This document shows, piece by piece, positions 39,400-48,821 of a DNA stretch of 64,000 bases (position 1 is the first letter of the stretch; each line of letters opens with the position of its first letter). The stretch covers positions 64,001 to 128,000 of the forward strand of contig CAXXQS010000003.1 of assembly GCA_963674735.2 (NCBI GenBank), written 5' to 3'. The notes beneath the pieces are model-generated. The model saw only the letters and a program-made list of their open reading frames with translations, did not search any database and was not told the DNA's origin. A program made the position numbers and the translations under genes. Source of the stretch: Myxococcota bacterium (GTDB lineage Bacteria > Myxococcota_A > SURF-8).

Positions 39400-39616
39400 C
39401 TCTTCTCCTTCCATCAGCCCAAGTGATTCGTTACCTCAAATTCGATGATAAATTTCTGCAGGGGTCGCAAATTCTGAGTGAGACCGAAAGCATCATAGCG
39501 CACAAGGTTTGAATTGCAAAATTCTTATGCTCAAACCACTCGTCCTTGATTGGACAAAGTATATATAGTAAGGTAAATAGTTATATTCTCGATGATTAAT
39601 CGCGAGGTTGTATCCC

Positions 39617-42112
39617 ATGAGCATTCATCCGGTCAACGCACGTTTGAAGGATTTGATCCTGACTGCGCCCTACGAAATTTGTATCGAACGTGCACGCTAC
39701 GTGACGGAGTCTTATCGCCGTCATGAGGGTCAAGCCGCGGCTATGAAAGCGGCGTACGCCTTTTCCAATACTTTATCCCAAATGAGTGTGTATCTGCTTG
39801 ATGACGAACTCGTGATCGGAAATCGTTCGAGCAAATTGGTGGGCTCGGTTATTCCAATCGAGCGCGGTGACATCAATACGGTGCTCGATCTTGAACTTGA
39901 CCGGCTAACCCGCCGTGAGCGTCAGCCCTACCACATCGATGCCGCAGACCGGCTGGAGTTGCAGGAGGATATCCTGCCCTACTGGCGTGGGAAAACCTTG
40001 CGCGATCATAAAAACACCTTGTGGAAAGCAAACGACCTGGTGATGCGTCCGGCCTTCAATCCGGTAAGTCTTTTTCGGCGATGGCGCAGCTTGGACATTG
40101 GTCGAATGAAGGATATTCTGGCTGTGCCGAATCCGACACCACGCTATATGATGCGGGGGCTGCGGGAGTTGTTTTACAATAACCCGGCTTTTATCATGAA
40201 CGTCTTCGACGTACAGGGCCATCTTATCGTTGGCCATAAGCATGTGTTAAGCAAGGGTTTTTCCGGTATCGAAGCCGAAACGGCCGAGCGGCTGGTTCGG
40301 GCGCGCCGGGAACGTGATTCGGAGGGGATCGCGTTTTGCGAAGCGGTGATGATCTCTTGCCGAGCCGTCAAACATTTCGGAGAACGACTGGCTAACGAGG
40401 CGGAACGTGAGGCCCGGAACAGTTCCGACGAGAATCGCCGGCGTGAACTCTTGGCCATGGCGAAGCGCTGCCGCAAGGTGCCGTATCAACCTCCGGAAAC
40501 CTTCCATGAAGCCGTTCAGGCACTGTGGTTGACGCAGGTGGGGGCTTTGGTGGCTCACGGTATGCCCGCCATTTTCGCCATCGGACGCTTCGACCAATAC
40601 CTTGAGCCGTTCTACCGGCAGGACAAAGCCGCCGGGCGTTTGACCGATGCACATGCCCTGCGTTTGTTGGAAGAACTGCTTGTCAAGCTGAGCAGCAATC
40701 TATTGCTTATACCTTTTGCTGGAAAGGCGACGGGAAACGAGTTGGGGGCCGACAGTTGCGTGCCGACCATCGGGGGCGTGACGCCGGAGGGAGAGGATGC
40801 CGTCAACGATTTATCCTATCTGATCCTCGATGCTTATCGGAACGTGCGGTCTATGGGAAATAGTTTCAGCATCCGTTTGTCCGATAAAACACCAGAGCGT
40901 TTTTGGCGAAAAACGATGGCGACTTATCGCGAAACGTCCGGCGCGGCGTTGTTTTATGACGAAAAGACCATCGGGGCTCTTGAAAACTGTGGTGTCAGCG
41001 AAGCCGATGCCCGCGACTACGGGATTATCGGTTGCGTGGAACCCACCAGCGATGGCAATACCTTTGGGTGTACATCCGGGAATGATATTTCCTTCAACGC
41101 AGCGCTGGAAATGGCGTTGCATGATGGTGTTCTGCATATCATGGGACGGCGTGTCGGGCTCTCTACCGGCGACCCGTCCAGTTTTCGTTCTTTCGAGGAA
41201 TTGTTCAACGTCTTTAAACGGCAAGTCGAATTTATGGTCGACTTTGTGGCGCGCGCGGTAAATCTGAAGGATCAGGCCTATCGCGATCACCTCCCGTGTC
41301 CCTTCGTGTCGGCGACCTTGCGGGGCTGCGTCGAAAACGGACGCGATATGACGGCGGGAGGGGCGGATTACAATTTCAGTTCCATCAGCGCTCGTGGATT
41401 GGGGACGGTGGTCGACTCACTGTGTGCCATTCGTCAAGCGGTGTTTGAAGATGACTATGTGAGTCTGACGCGGCTGGTGCGTGCGATGGACCACAACTAC
41501 TCGGATGAAGAGGTTTTACAAGCCTACCTGAAAAATCGCTGTCCGGTATATGGCTCGGACGACAACCGTGCCGATGTTTTGGCGCAGGAAATCGTCGAAC
41601 ACTTCTGCAAGACGGTTTTGGCACAGTCCACCGTTCGGGGAGGATGTTTCCGTCCGGGATTTTTCTCTTATGGGATGCATGTTTTGGAAGGTCTGTTCCT
41701 TGGAGCCTCGGCGAATGGTCGTCTGGCGGGCGAGCCGGTCAGCAACAGCTTTTCGCCGGCCAACGGTTCCGAGCGTAACGGTCCCACGGCCGTGATGCGT
41801 TCCGTCGGGAAAAACGATCATACGCTTATCTCGAATGGCTGTGCCCTGAATATCAAGCTTTCCCCGGCGATGTTCGAAGGCGAGGAACGCCTCGATAAAA
41901 TGGTGGCTTTGGTTAAGGGCTATTTTAAACAGGGTGGAATGGAATTATCGCCGAATGTGATTTCGAGCGATACGCTGCGTGCCGCCCAAAAAGATCCCGA
42001 GGCCTATCGTGATTTGGTGGTGCGTGTCTCGGGCTATTCGGCGCTTTTTGCCGATTTAGGTAAACCGTTACAGGATGAAATCATCCAGCGCACCGAATTC
42101 GGACATCTCTAA
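39617..42112 (+). CDS. Glycyl radical enzyme (PFL-like, eliminase-type), substrate unknown
   Basis: IERAR, ELVIGN, GRFDQYL, Cys loop IIGCVEP, Gly loop LVVRVSGYSA. Confidence 0.95.
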   Translation: MSIHPVNARLKDLILTAPYEICIERARYVTESYRRHEGQAAAMKAAYAFSNTLSQMSVYLLDDELVIGNRSSKLVGSVIPIERGDINTVLDLELDRLTRRERQPYHIDAADRLELQEDILPYWRGKTLRDHKNTLWKANDLVMRPAFNPVSLFRRWRSLDIGRMKDILAVPNPTPRYMMRGLRELFYNNPAFIMNVFDVQGHLIVGHKHVLSKGFSGIEAETAERLVRARRERDSEGIAFCEAVMISCRAVKHFGERLANEAEREARNSSDENRRRELLAMAKRCRKVPYQPPETFHEAVQALWLTQVGALVAHGMPAIFAIGRFDQYLEPFYRQDKAAGRLTDAHALRLLEELLVKLSSNLLLIPFAGKATGNELGADSCVPTIGGVTPEGEDAVNDLSYLILDAYRNVRSMGNSFSIRLSDKTPERFWRKTMATYRETSGAALFYDEKTIGALENCGVSEADARDYGIIGCVEPTSDGNTFGCTSGNDISFNAALEMALHDGVLHIMGRRVGLSTGDPSSFRSFEELFNVFKRQVEFMVDFVARAVNLKDQAYRDHLPCPFVSATLRGCVENGRDMTAGGADYNFSSISARGLGTVVDSLCAIRQAVFEDDYVSLTRLVRAMDHNYSDEEVLQAYLKNRCPVYGSDDNRADVLAQEIVEHFCKTVLAQSTVRGGCFRPGFFSYGMHVLEGLFLGASANGRLAGEPVSNSFSPANGSERNGPTAVMRSVGKNDHTLISNGCALNIKLSPAMFEGEERLDKMVALVKGYFKQGGMELSPNVISSDTLRAAQKDPEAYRDLVVRVSGYSALFADLGKPLQDEIIQRTEFGHL

Positions 42113-42224
42113 GTCGATGATTCCATTTTTCGCGAAATTCTCATGGAAAAGCATATAAGTTTAAGCTAAAAACGCATATTGAATGCTTCCAGAGTGCTGT
42201 GGCTTGAGCCGGAGGGGATGCGCA

Positions 42225-43664
42225 ATGAAGGGACTGTTTTTGTTATCCTGTTGGGTGATTGTTTTCCTTTTCATGCTGAGTGGATGTGATACCGGTGATG
42301 ATAGCGTGTCGTCTCATTCTCCCGAAACGGATGGTGATAGTGAAAACGGAGTTGGCGAAAGTGCGGAGGACTCCGATTCCGATGAGCTCCACTCGGTAGA
42401 TGGGGATACCGATCGCGATGGCGCGGACGAAGCGGATGTCGAAAAAGATAACGAATCCGGCTGGGTGTTACCGGACGGTTTCGAAGCCTTCGATCCGGCG
42501 GCTTGTCAACTGGAAGAGCCGATCGATTGGGGCGGAATCGATCCGGCCTACGAACGGGTTCATTCTGGAAATGCGGTTTTGGACAAGAACTTTTATTTGC
42601 TGACCCTTTTAATAGAAGTCGAGGCTTATCGACAGTCCGTCTTGACCGATCCTGCGTTATCTGCCCGAGCGGAAGAGGAAACCGCCGATTTGGCCACCGC
42701 TGCGGCGAATTGTGCGGGGGATGTGGCCTGCGCGGCCGGATATCTGACGTTTGACGAAACGGATCTTGTGGACCTTACCGCGGCCTTTACGTCTGTTTTC
42801 AACAAGGATTCCGCGCCGCACATCATTTCCGAACATCTGCGGCCCTCCGGGATGTTTCACCTCTATTCCGCTGAGATCGATTCACTGTATATTGAGCAGG
42901 TGCTTACCGAAACCTTTAACGGCCTAGCCGGAGCCTTTTCCCGTTTCGGCAACGATCTGGGTGCGACCGGACTGAATGCCATTCTGGTTGACCAGGTCTC
43001 CTCACTATCGGAGGATGTACTCTTTTTCGAACCGCTTTTACAAACAACCTTGGCGGTGATGGCGCAGATTTCGCGTGACGAAGCCGGGCGCTATGAGCCC
43101 ATGGAAGAGGGCGAGAACAAGGCGGCGTTGGACGCGTTATCTTCGATCGACTGGGAGGCTTATCCCTATATCGCGATGTTGCTACCGGGCATGGGGCCCG
43201 ACGATCTGGAAACTCCCCTGGACCTGGCTAGCGCCTTGCGTTGCGATCTGGCCGCCGAACGCTATCGGGCCGGTCTGGTGCCCATCATTATCCCGTCGGG
43301 CGGTCATGTCCATCCCGATCAGACGCCGTATAGCGAAGCGGTTGAGATGAAACGCTATCTGATGGAAACCCATGGAGTGCCCGAAACGGCGATTTTGATC
43401 GATCCACACGCGCGTCATACCACTACCAACCTACGCAATGTTACACGGCTCCTCATCCGCTATGGTTTTCCGGTAGATCGGCCGGTTCTCACCACAACCG
43501 ATCTTTTCCAAAGCGCGTATATCTTGAGTATGGAAGGACGTTGTAACCGGGAACTGGGTTATGTACCCTGGCGGTCAGTCGTCAGACTCGGCGATACCGA
43601 CAACTGCTGGATGGTTCACCCCGCCAGTTTGCATCTGGCTCCCGCGGATCCGTTGGATCCCTAG
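42225..43664 (+). CDS. YdcF/DUF218-family lipoprotein
   Basis: LSGC lipobox, acidic linker, SGGHVHP, EAVEMK, DPHARHTTTNLRN. Confidence 0.85.
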   Translation: MKGLFLLSCWVIVFLFMLSGCDTGDDSVSSHSPETDGDSENGVGESAEDSDSDELHSVDGDTDRDGADEADVEKDNESGWVLPDGFEAFDPAACQLEEPIDWGGIDPAYERVHSGNAVLDKNFYLLTLLIEVEAYRQSVLTDPALSARAEEETADLATAAANCAGDVACAAGYLTFDETDLVDLTAAFTSVFNKDSAPHIISEHLRPSGMFHLYSAEIDSLYIEQVLTETFNGLAGAFSRFGNDLGATGLNAILVDQVSSLSEDVLFFEPLLQTTLAVMAQISRDEAGRYEPMEEGENKAALDALSSIDWEAYPYIAMLLPGMGPDDLETPLDLASALRCDLAAERYRAGLVPIIIPSGGHVHPDQTPYSEAVEMKRYLMETHGVPETAILIDPHARHTTTNLRNVTRLLIRYGFPVDRPVLTTTDLFQSAYILSMEGRCNRELGYVPWRSVVRLGDTDNCWMVHPASLHLAPADPLDP

Positions 43665-43716
43665 AAAGGCTCTGTGATTTCGCGAGACGGTTGTAGCACC
43701 GAATCGTATCGTCGGA

Positions 43717-44154
43717 TCAGGGACGTGCGTCCAGGTCTTCGAGATTGATCTCGACTTTCAGAATCTGGCCGACGGCCTCTACCAGTTTAATCGGTTTGAT
43801 CGGTTTTTCGACGATGACGCGTGGCTTGGTACGTGTATCGAAGGCTGTCAGCTCTTTTACGTCCTTGCTGCCGAATTCATCGCTGGCGTGTGCGGTGATG
43901 ACGATCACAGGGATATCTTTCCATTTGCTTTCGGCCCGCAACTCGCGCATGAATTGAATGCCGGATTTGCGCGGCATCACCATATCGAGCGTAATCAGGT
44001 CCGGTGTGCGGGATTTCACTTTCTCAAGTGCGACTTCGCCGTTTTCGGCCTCGTCGACCTCGAACCCGACGTCTTCCAGCATGGCGGCAAGAAAGGCGCG
44101 CACATCCGGTTCATCGTCAACTACCAGGATGAATTTCTCTTCTGGGCTGGCCAT
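43717..44154 (-). CDS. Stand-alone response regulator (Rrf1-like)
   Basis: ILVVDDE, DLITLDMVMP, VIT, EKP; no output domain. Confidence 0.92.
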   Translation of the reverse strand: MASPEEKFILVVDDEPDVRAFLAAMLEDVGFEVDEAENGEVALEKVKSRTPDLITLDMVMPRKSGIQFMRELRAESKWKDIPVIVITAHASDEFGSKDVKELTAFDTRTKPRVIVEKPIKPIKLVEAVGQILKVEINLEDLDARP

Positions 44155-44372
44155 GGCATTCTCCTTCAAGCATAAACCATTCTTGCGAAAGTGCCTTTAA
44201 GGGTGATACTACCCGTTCAACACTTCGACCCCTGCCTGGTTTCGTTCACGGTTTCACTGTGAACGATGATCACTTCTCTTGCTCGATGCGCGTCTGTCCG
44301 CCCTAAGTGTGTTGCGGACGATTACCCGGGCGGATCCACATTCGCTTTTTCGATGTGACGCCCTTATTTCGT

Positions 44373-44726
44373 TCAGGCCAGAGCTTTCGCGACTTCGGCC
44401 AATAGAACGTCCTTGTCCACCGGTTTATCCACCACCGTCACTCGATTCGAGATCGACCAATTTCGGCCGGATAAGCCACTGACCACGATGATCGGGACGT
44501 CGCTCAGATCCTTTTTCTTCCGCAAGTGTCTGTAGAAACCGACTCCGGTTTCGTTGGGCATCATGATATCTAAGGTAATAAGGTCGGGTTTCTCTTGCAA
44601 AATGGATTCCATGGCTTCGAAGCCATCGGACGCGGTGCGTACCGTGTATTCTGCGTCTTCCAGAATCGCTGTCAGATAATCTCGCACGTCCATTTCATCG
44701 TCGACAACCAATATTGTCTTGCTCAT
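44373..44726 (-). CDS. Stand-alone response regulator (Rrf1-like)
   Basis: ILVVDDE, DLITLDIMMP, VVSG, DKP; no output domain. Confidence 0.92.
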   Translation of the reverse strand: MSKTILVVDDEMDVRDYLTAILEDAEYTVRTASDGFEAMESILQEKPDLITLDIMMPNETGVGFYRHLRKKKDLSDVPIIVVSGLSGRNWSISNRVTVVDKPVDKDVLLAEVAKALA

Positions 44727-44799
44727 ACCTGTTTGCCTTCCTTCTTATGTGCCTGGCCCACTTGTCGGTGATAAGCCGTGTGGGGTTGGCGCAGGTCAA

Positions 44800-44937
44800 T
44801 CAGTCGTGCGTGTCCCGATCGGTAAGAAAGCGCCAGAAAAAGACGAAACTCACCAGAGATAAGATGACGATCGAATACGTGATACCTTCAGAAGTGGTCA
44901 TGAAGTCCTGAAGGGTGTGGAACAAGCTATCGTGCAT
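44800..44937 (-). CDS. hmcD: Small membrane subunit of the Hmc complex (45 aa)
   Basis: Manual translation MHDSLFHTLQDFMTTSEGITYSIVILSLVSFVFFWRFLTDRDTHD; GGAGG RBS; single TM; directly after hmcC. Confidence 0.85.
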   Translation of the reverse strand: MHDSLFHTLQDFMTTSEGITYSIVILSLVSFVFFWRFLTDRDTHD

Positions 44938-44955
44938 TTTCGCCTCCCGGCTCGG

Positions 44956-46137
44956 TTAGTGATCATCCTGTGGAAAATCCGGGTGTTCGAAAAAAATCGG
45001 CATGCGCGTCACAATAAATCGGAAAACAAGCACGGCTACCGTTATGAGGAAAACGGAAATGCCGATTTCCATCCAGTGCGGGACATACCGCAGGTCGTTG
45101 GGCAGATGATAATTAAAAGCCACCAGCGAAACATTCAGCCGATTCACGATGATGCCCAGGACTGTCCATCCAGCGGTGTACTGGATCAGCTTTTTGTTTT
45201 TGTCACGCACCCCTAAAGCGTACAGGAAACAGGGAAGTAAGACAAAACCTAAAATCTCGACTAGAAACCATGCCCCATAACCGGTTGCAAGATACTTCCA
45301 ATTGTGATCGAGAGACACGCCGATAACCTTGATCGCGAAATAGGCGGCGAGAACGACCGATCCCGCTTTCCCGAAACCGAAAACGAGTTGTGCGGAGGCT
45401 TCCTCGTAATGTTTATCCATCTTGTGGTGGAAAAACTTATGGGAGATTGAGGCCTCGAATAGAACCATCGAAATACCGGCGGCAATACTCGACACGAAAA
45501 AGAAGACCGGCATGAAGGAAGAATACCACAGTGGGTGTAGCTTCGAAGGGGCCATCAAATACATGGCTCCGAGGGACGACTGGTGCAGGGTCGAGAGCAC
45601 AACGCCGAAGATGGTTAGAAGAATCGTGAGTTTCGAGATGATGCGCGCGACCTTCTTGATACCCAACCATTCAAGCGGCGCGCTGGAAAATTCGAGGAAC
45701 AACACGGTCAGGTAAAGGGCGACGCAGGCGGCCACTTCGAACATCACGGAGGTGGTGCCCTGCTGTACGAGGAAAGGATAGGGCAGGCGCAAGGGCCGTC
45801 CCACATCGTAGAGCAAAGCCACGACTACCAGGGAGTAACCCAAGAAGCCGGTCAGGATCGCAGGCCGGACGGCGGCGTGGTATTTTTTCATGCCGAACAG
45901 GTAAACGCCTGCGGAGGTGGTGTAGCCACCCGCCGCCAAGGCGACTCCGGCAAGCAGATCGAAGCCGATCCAGAATCCCCACGGGGTGTAGGAATCGAGG
46001 TTGGTGACGGCTCCCAGTCCTTGGGTGAAACGCATGAAGGTCAACACCAGTCCCATGACGATGATGGCCCCCGCGATGACGTTGAACGGTGTCAGCCAGC
46101 CGCGGGCCGGAAGTGCCGCCGTGGTGCCGTTGGACAT
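44956..46137 (-). CDS. hmcC: NrfD/PsrC-family integral membrane subunit
   Basis: GLGAVTNL..YTPWG.WIGFD..GVALAAGG, DVGRP, SVMFEV, LSTLHQSSLG, LHPLWYS. Confidence 0.92.
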   Translation of the reverse strand: MSNGTTAALPARGWLTPFNVIAGAIIVMGLVLTFMRFTQGLGAVTNLDSYTPWGFWIGFDLLAGVALAAGGYTTSAGVYLFGMKKYHAAVRPAILTGFLGYSLVVVALLYDVGRPLRLPYPFLVQQGTTSVMFEVAACVALYLTVLFLEFSSAPLEWLGIKKVARIISKLTILLTIFGVVLSTLHQSSLGAMYLMAPSKLHPLWYSSFMPVFFFVSSIAAGISMVLFEASISHKFFHHKMDKHYEEASAQLVFGFGKAGSVVLAAYFAIKVIGVSLDHNWKYLATGYGAWFLVEILGFVLLPCFLYALGVRDKNKKLIQYTAGWTVLGIIVNRLNVSLVAFNYHLPNDLRYVPHWMEIGISVFLITVAVLVFRFIVTRMPIFFEHPDFPQDDH

Positions 46138-47201
46138 TATGCTTTCTCCTCCGCTTGTTCGCGGGCCTTTTCGGCCTCCGCCAGCGCTTTTTTCACCGCC
46201 TGGTCGATGGCTTTCTCTTTTTGCAACTCGGCTTTTTTCTTGTAGTCATCGAGATCGGCATTGGCCTTCGTCGTGGTCTGGTCGATGGCCGTTTTCACGG
46301 CTTCAGCCTGTTCTTGCGCCGCCACTTTCTCCTTGCGTTTATTGATCGCCCAAACGCCGGTCAGCAGGGCTGGCCAGAGACCCACCACCATCGGGACCGC
46401 TCCCAGTGCACCGGCGGTGAGTTTCGGAGGGGGGGTGACACCGACATGGGTGCTGAGTCCGATTTTGTCGAAGGGGACACCGGAAAGGTACAGCCAGCTT
46501 GTGCCGCTGATTTCTTTTTCACCATAGATGTGGTCGATGTACCGATCGGGATGTTTTTCGATACGGTCACGGGCGATTTTAATCAGGTCGTCGCGTTTTC
46601 CGAAGGTCAAGGCTTCCATCGGGCACGCTTCGACGCAGCCGGGCAGCTTGCCTTCCTTGATCCTGGGATAACACATCGTGCAGCGCACGACCACCGGCGA
46701 GAAGGCGTTGTCGTACTCGTAGCCCGGGAGACTCCACGGGCAGGCCAGCAGACAATAGCGGCACCCGACGCACACGCTGGGATCGTAAACGACGGCCCCT
46801 TCGGGGCTTTTCGTGAAGGCGTGAACGAAACAAACATTGCCGCAGGCCGGTTCCAGGCAATGATTGCATTGCAGCTTGCGATAAACCGGACCGCCGTCTT
46901 TGCCCACGCCGTCGTAGCGGTTGACGACCGTGAAGACGCCGGTTTTAGTGCGACGTTTTTCTTCGAAAACCGATTTGTCGTCGAAGGGCTTGTCGGGTTT
47001 GGGGAGGTTGTTCACCTCATTGCAGGCCGCCTCGCAGGAACGGCAACCCACGCAGCGGGTGGTGTCGTGCAAGACGCCATAGCTGCCTGGGTAGCCATCG
47101 AAATGCTTGTTGGCCGACGCAGCCTGGGCCGGTTGGGCCAAGGCCGTCGTTGCGCCCGCCGCGGCGAATAGTTTCAACAATTTCCGACGGGAACGATCCA
47201 T
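46137..47201 (-). CDS. hmcB: Periplasmic 4x[4Fe-4S] ferredoxin subunit
   Basis: Tat signal SRRKLLK from ATG 47201; CVGCRSCEAAC, CNHCLEPAC..VC, CVGCRYCLLACP, CTMC...GCVEACP; C-terminal TM plus coiled coil. Confidence 0.92.
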   Translation of the reverse strand: MDRSRRKLLKLFAAAGATTALAQPAQAASANKHFDGYPGSYGVLHDTTRCVGCRSCEAACNEVNNLPKPDKPFDDKSVFEEKRRTKTGVFTVVNRYDGVGKDGGPVYRKLQCNHCLEPACGNVCFVHAFTKSPEGAVVYDPSVCVGCRYCLLACPWSLPGYEYDNAFSPVVVRCTMCYPRIKEGKLPGCVEACPMEALTFGKRDDLIKIARDRIEKHPDRYIDHIYGEKEISGTSWLYLSGVPFDKIGLSTHVGVTPPPKLTAGALGAVPMVVGLWPALLTGVWAINKRKEKVAAQEQAEAVKTAIDQTTTKANADLDDYKKKAELQKEKAIDQAVKKALAEAEKAREQAEEKA

Positions 47202-47205
47202 CTTC

Positions 47206-48798
47206 TCACTCCTTGCTGGCGTGGGGCTTGTGGCAGTCGGAACAGCCTTGCAGGTTGTCGAGACCCATTTTTTGGTGGCAGCCCACACATTGCAGGTGAT
47301 ACGCGCCCTTGAGTCCGGGCCGGTTCAGGTTGTTTTCGTCAAACGGTGCGCTATGGCAGCTTGTGCAACTGGGAGGTAGTTGGCCGACCGGGGTGTTGTG
47401 GTGGCAACCCTGGCACAAGGTGTCGTTGGTGCGGTGGAAAACCGCAGCCAGTCGGCTGGCGGCGACACCCGGTTTGCCATCGTAACCTTTGAGCAAAGCA
47501 TCGATAACCTTGCGATGTGGAAACAGGCTGCCTTTGTATTTACTTTCAAGGGAATCGATCAACACCGTTTCCGGGATAGTGCCGGGGGAGAACGAGAAGG
47601 TCTGGGCTGCAATAGCCGTACCCGCTTCGGCTTCCTGAGCGTTTTTCGGTGTGGGAGACCCTTGTTGATCGCCGCCGTGGCAGACCGTACAAGCGCTTTG
47701 CGGAATCTCGTTTTGAGCCATGGGAGCATGGCATCCCGCGCATTCCGGCCGCTTCTTGCTGCCTTCGTGGCAGTTGATGCAGGTGCCGTCGAGCTTGAAA
47801 CTGTGGAAGGCGTTTTCAAGCGTGATCCCGGCACCCTGGTGTTTGCCGTCCAGGGTGTGGCAGGTGCTGCAACTCTGCATGTGTCCGTGATGACAAGCTC
47901 GGCAGGTGTCGGTGTAGCCTTCATGGGCTTTGTGTGGGAAGCGGACCGGCTTCATGCGATGCGCGCCCGGTGCTTGAATCCCGCTTGAGACAATGACATT
48001 GTCGGGCTGGTCGCGGTCGAGGCGCGGTGGATTGGGATCGATTTTCCAAGCCGCCTGCTTAGCTGCATCGTGGCAGCCCGCGCAGCGAGAGGGCCCACTG
48101 CTTTTACCGGCTGCGTCGAGTTGCCGATGGCAATCGAGACAAGCCCAATGGGCCGAACGACTCATCGAGGGGACGTCGCGGCTATCGACTTTCAGGTGGC
48201 AGTCGCGGCAGGAACTGGGCTTGCGCTTCGCTTCTTCGTTTTCTTCATCTTCGGTCAACAATATTTCGTGATGACAGGATTCGCATTTGTTGTGGGTGGC
48301 TGCGATGTGACGGGCGTGCAAAGAATGGTCGAATCCCATCGGTTGCCGATTATCCGTGTATTCCGGATCGCGTCGGTGACAGTCCCCGCAGGTAACCGGA
48401 CCACTTTCCTGGTCGTTGTCCAGACGTCGCTGGTGACAGCCGATACAATTGGAATGATAGACTTCCATCGTGCGCTCATAGTTTTCATCCGCCAAGCGCA
48501 TGAATTTCTGAGACAAGCGGCCGCTTGTCTCGGACAGATGGCAGGTCGAACAGTCCAGTCCATCGGCTTTGATGACATCGGTATGCGTGTCGTGTTTGAA
48601 CTGAACCGGAGCGCGTTCAAGTTCGTGGCGCAATAGCTTCATGCCATCGAGCGTGATCAGATCCGCTCGTCCCGGATCGCCGGGAGCTTCATCGCCGTAC
48701 AAATCGACGGCCATCAGTCCGATAAGCAGCAGGATCAGCAGCCCCGCTGCCTGTGGCCACGTTCTGCGTCTATGTGTTTTCACCATCATGCTTTCCAT
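47206..48798 (-). CDS. hmcA: Hexadecaheme high-molecular-mass cytochrome c
   Basis: 16 CxxCH motifs counted, signal peptide, cytochrome c3-type F.H..H segments, RPGLKGAYH.QC. Confidence 0.95.
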   Translation of the reverse strand: MESMMVKTHRRRTWPQAAGLLILLLIGLMAVDLYGDEAPGDPGRADLITLDGMKLLRHELERAPVQFKHDTHTDVIKADGLDCSTCHLSETSGRLSQKFMRLADENYERTMEVYHSNCIGCHQRRLDNDQESGPVTCGDCHRRDPEYTDNRQPMGFDHSLHARHIAATHNKCESCHHEILLTEDEENEEAKRKPSSCRDCHLKVDSRDVPSMSRSAHWACLDCHRQLDAAGKSSGPSRCAGCHDAAKQAAWKIDPNPPRLDRDQPDNVIVSSGIQAPGAHRMKPVRFPHKAHEGYTDTCRACHHGHMQSCSTCHTLDGKHQGAGITLENAFHSFKLDGTCINCHEGSKKRPECAGCHAPMAQNEIPQSACTVCHGGDQQGSPTPKNAQEAEAGTAIAAQTFSFSPGTIPETVLIDSLESKYKGSLFPHRKVIDALLKGYDGKPGVAASRLAAVFHRTNDTLCQGCHHNTPVGQLPPSCTSCHSAPFDENNLNRPGLKGAYHLQCVGCHQKMGLDNLQGCSDCHKPHASKE

Positions 48799-48821
48799 AC
48801 CCGCCCTTCAATGCCTCGGAG

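Noticed and set aside
44242-44266. TTCAC...GTGAA dyad as a Rex box
   Set aside because: Half-sites are in the opposite order and spacing to Rex (GTGAA-N4-TTCAC); treated as an RNA hairpin
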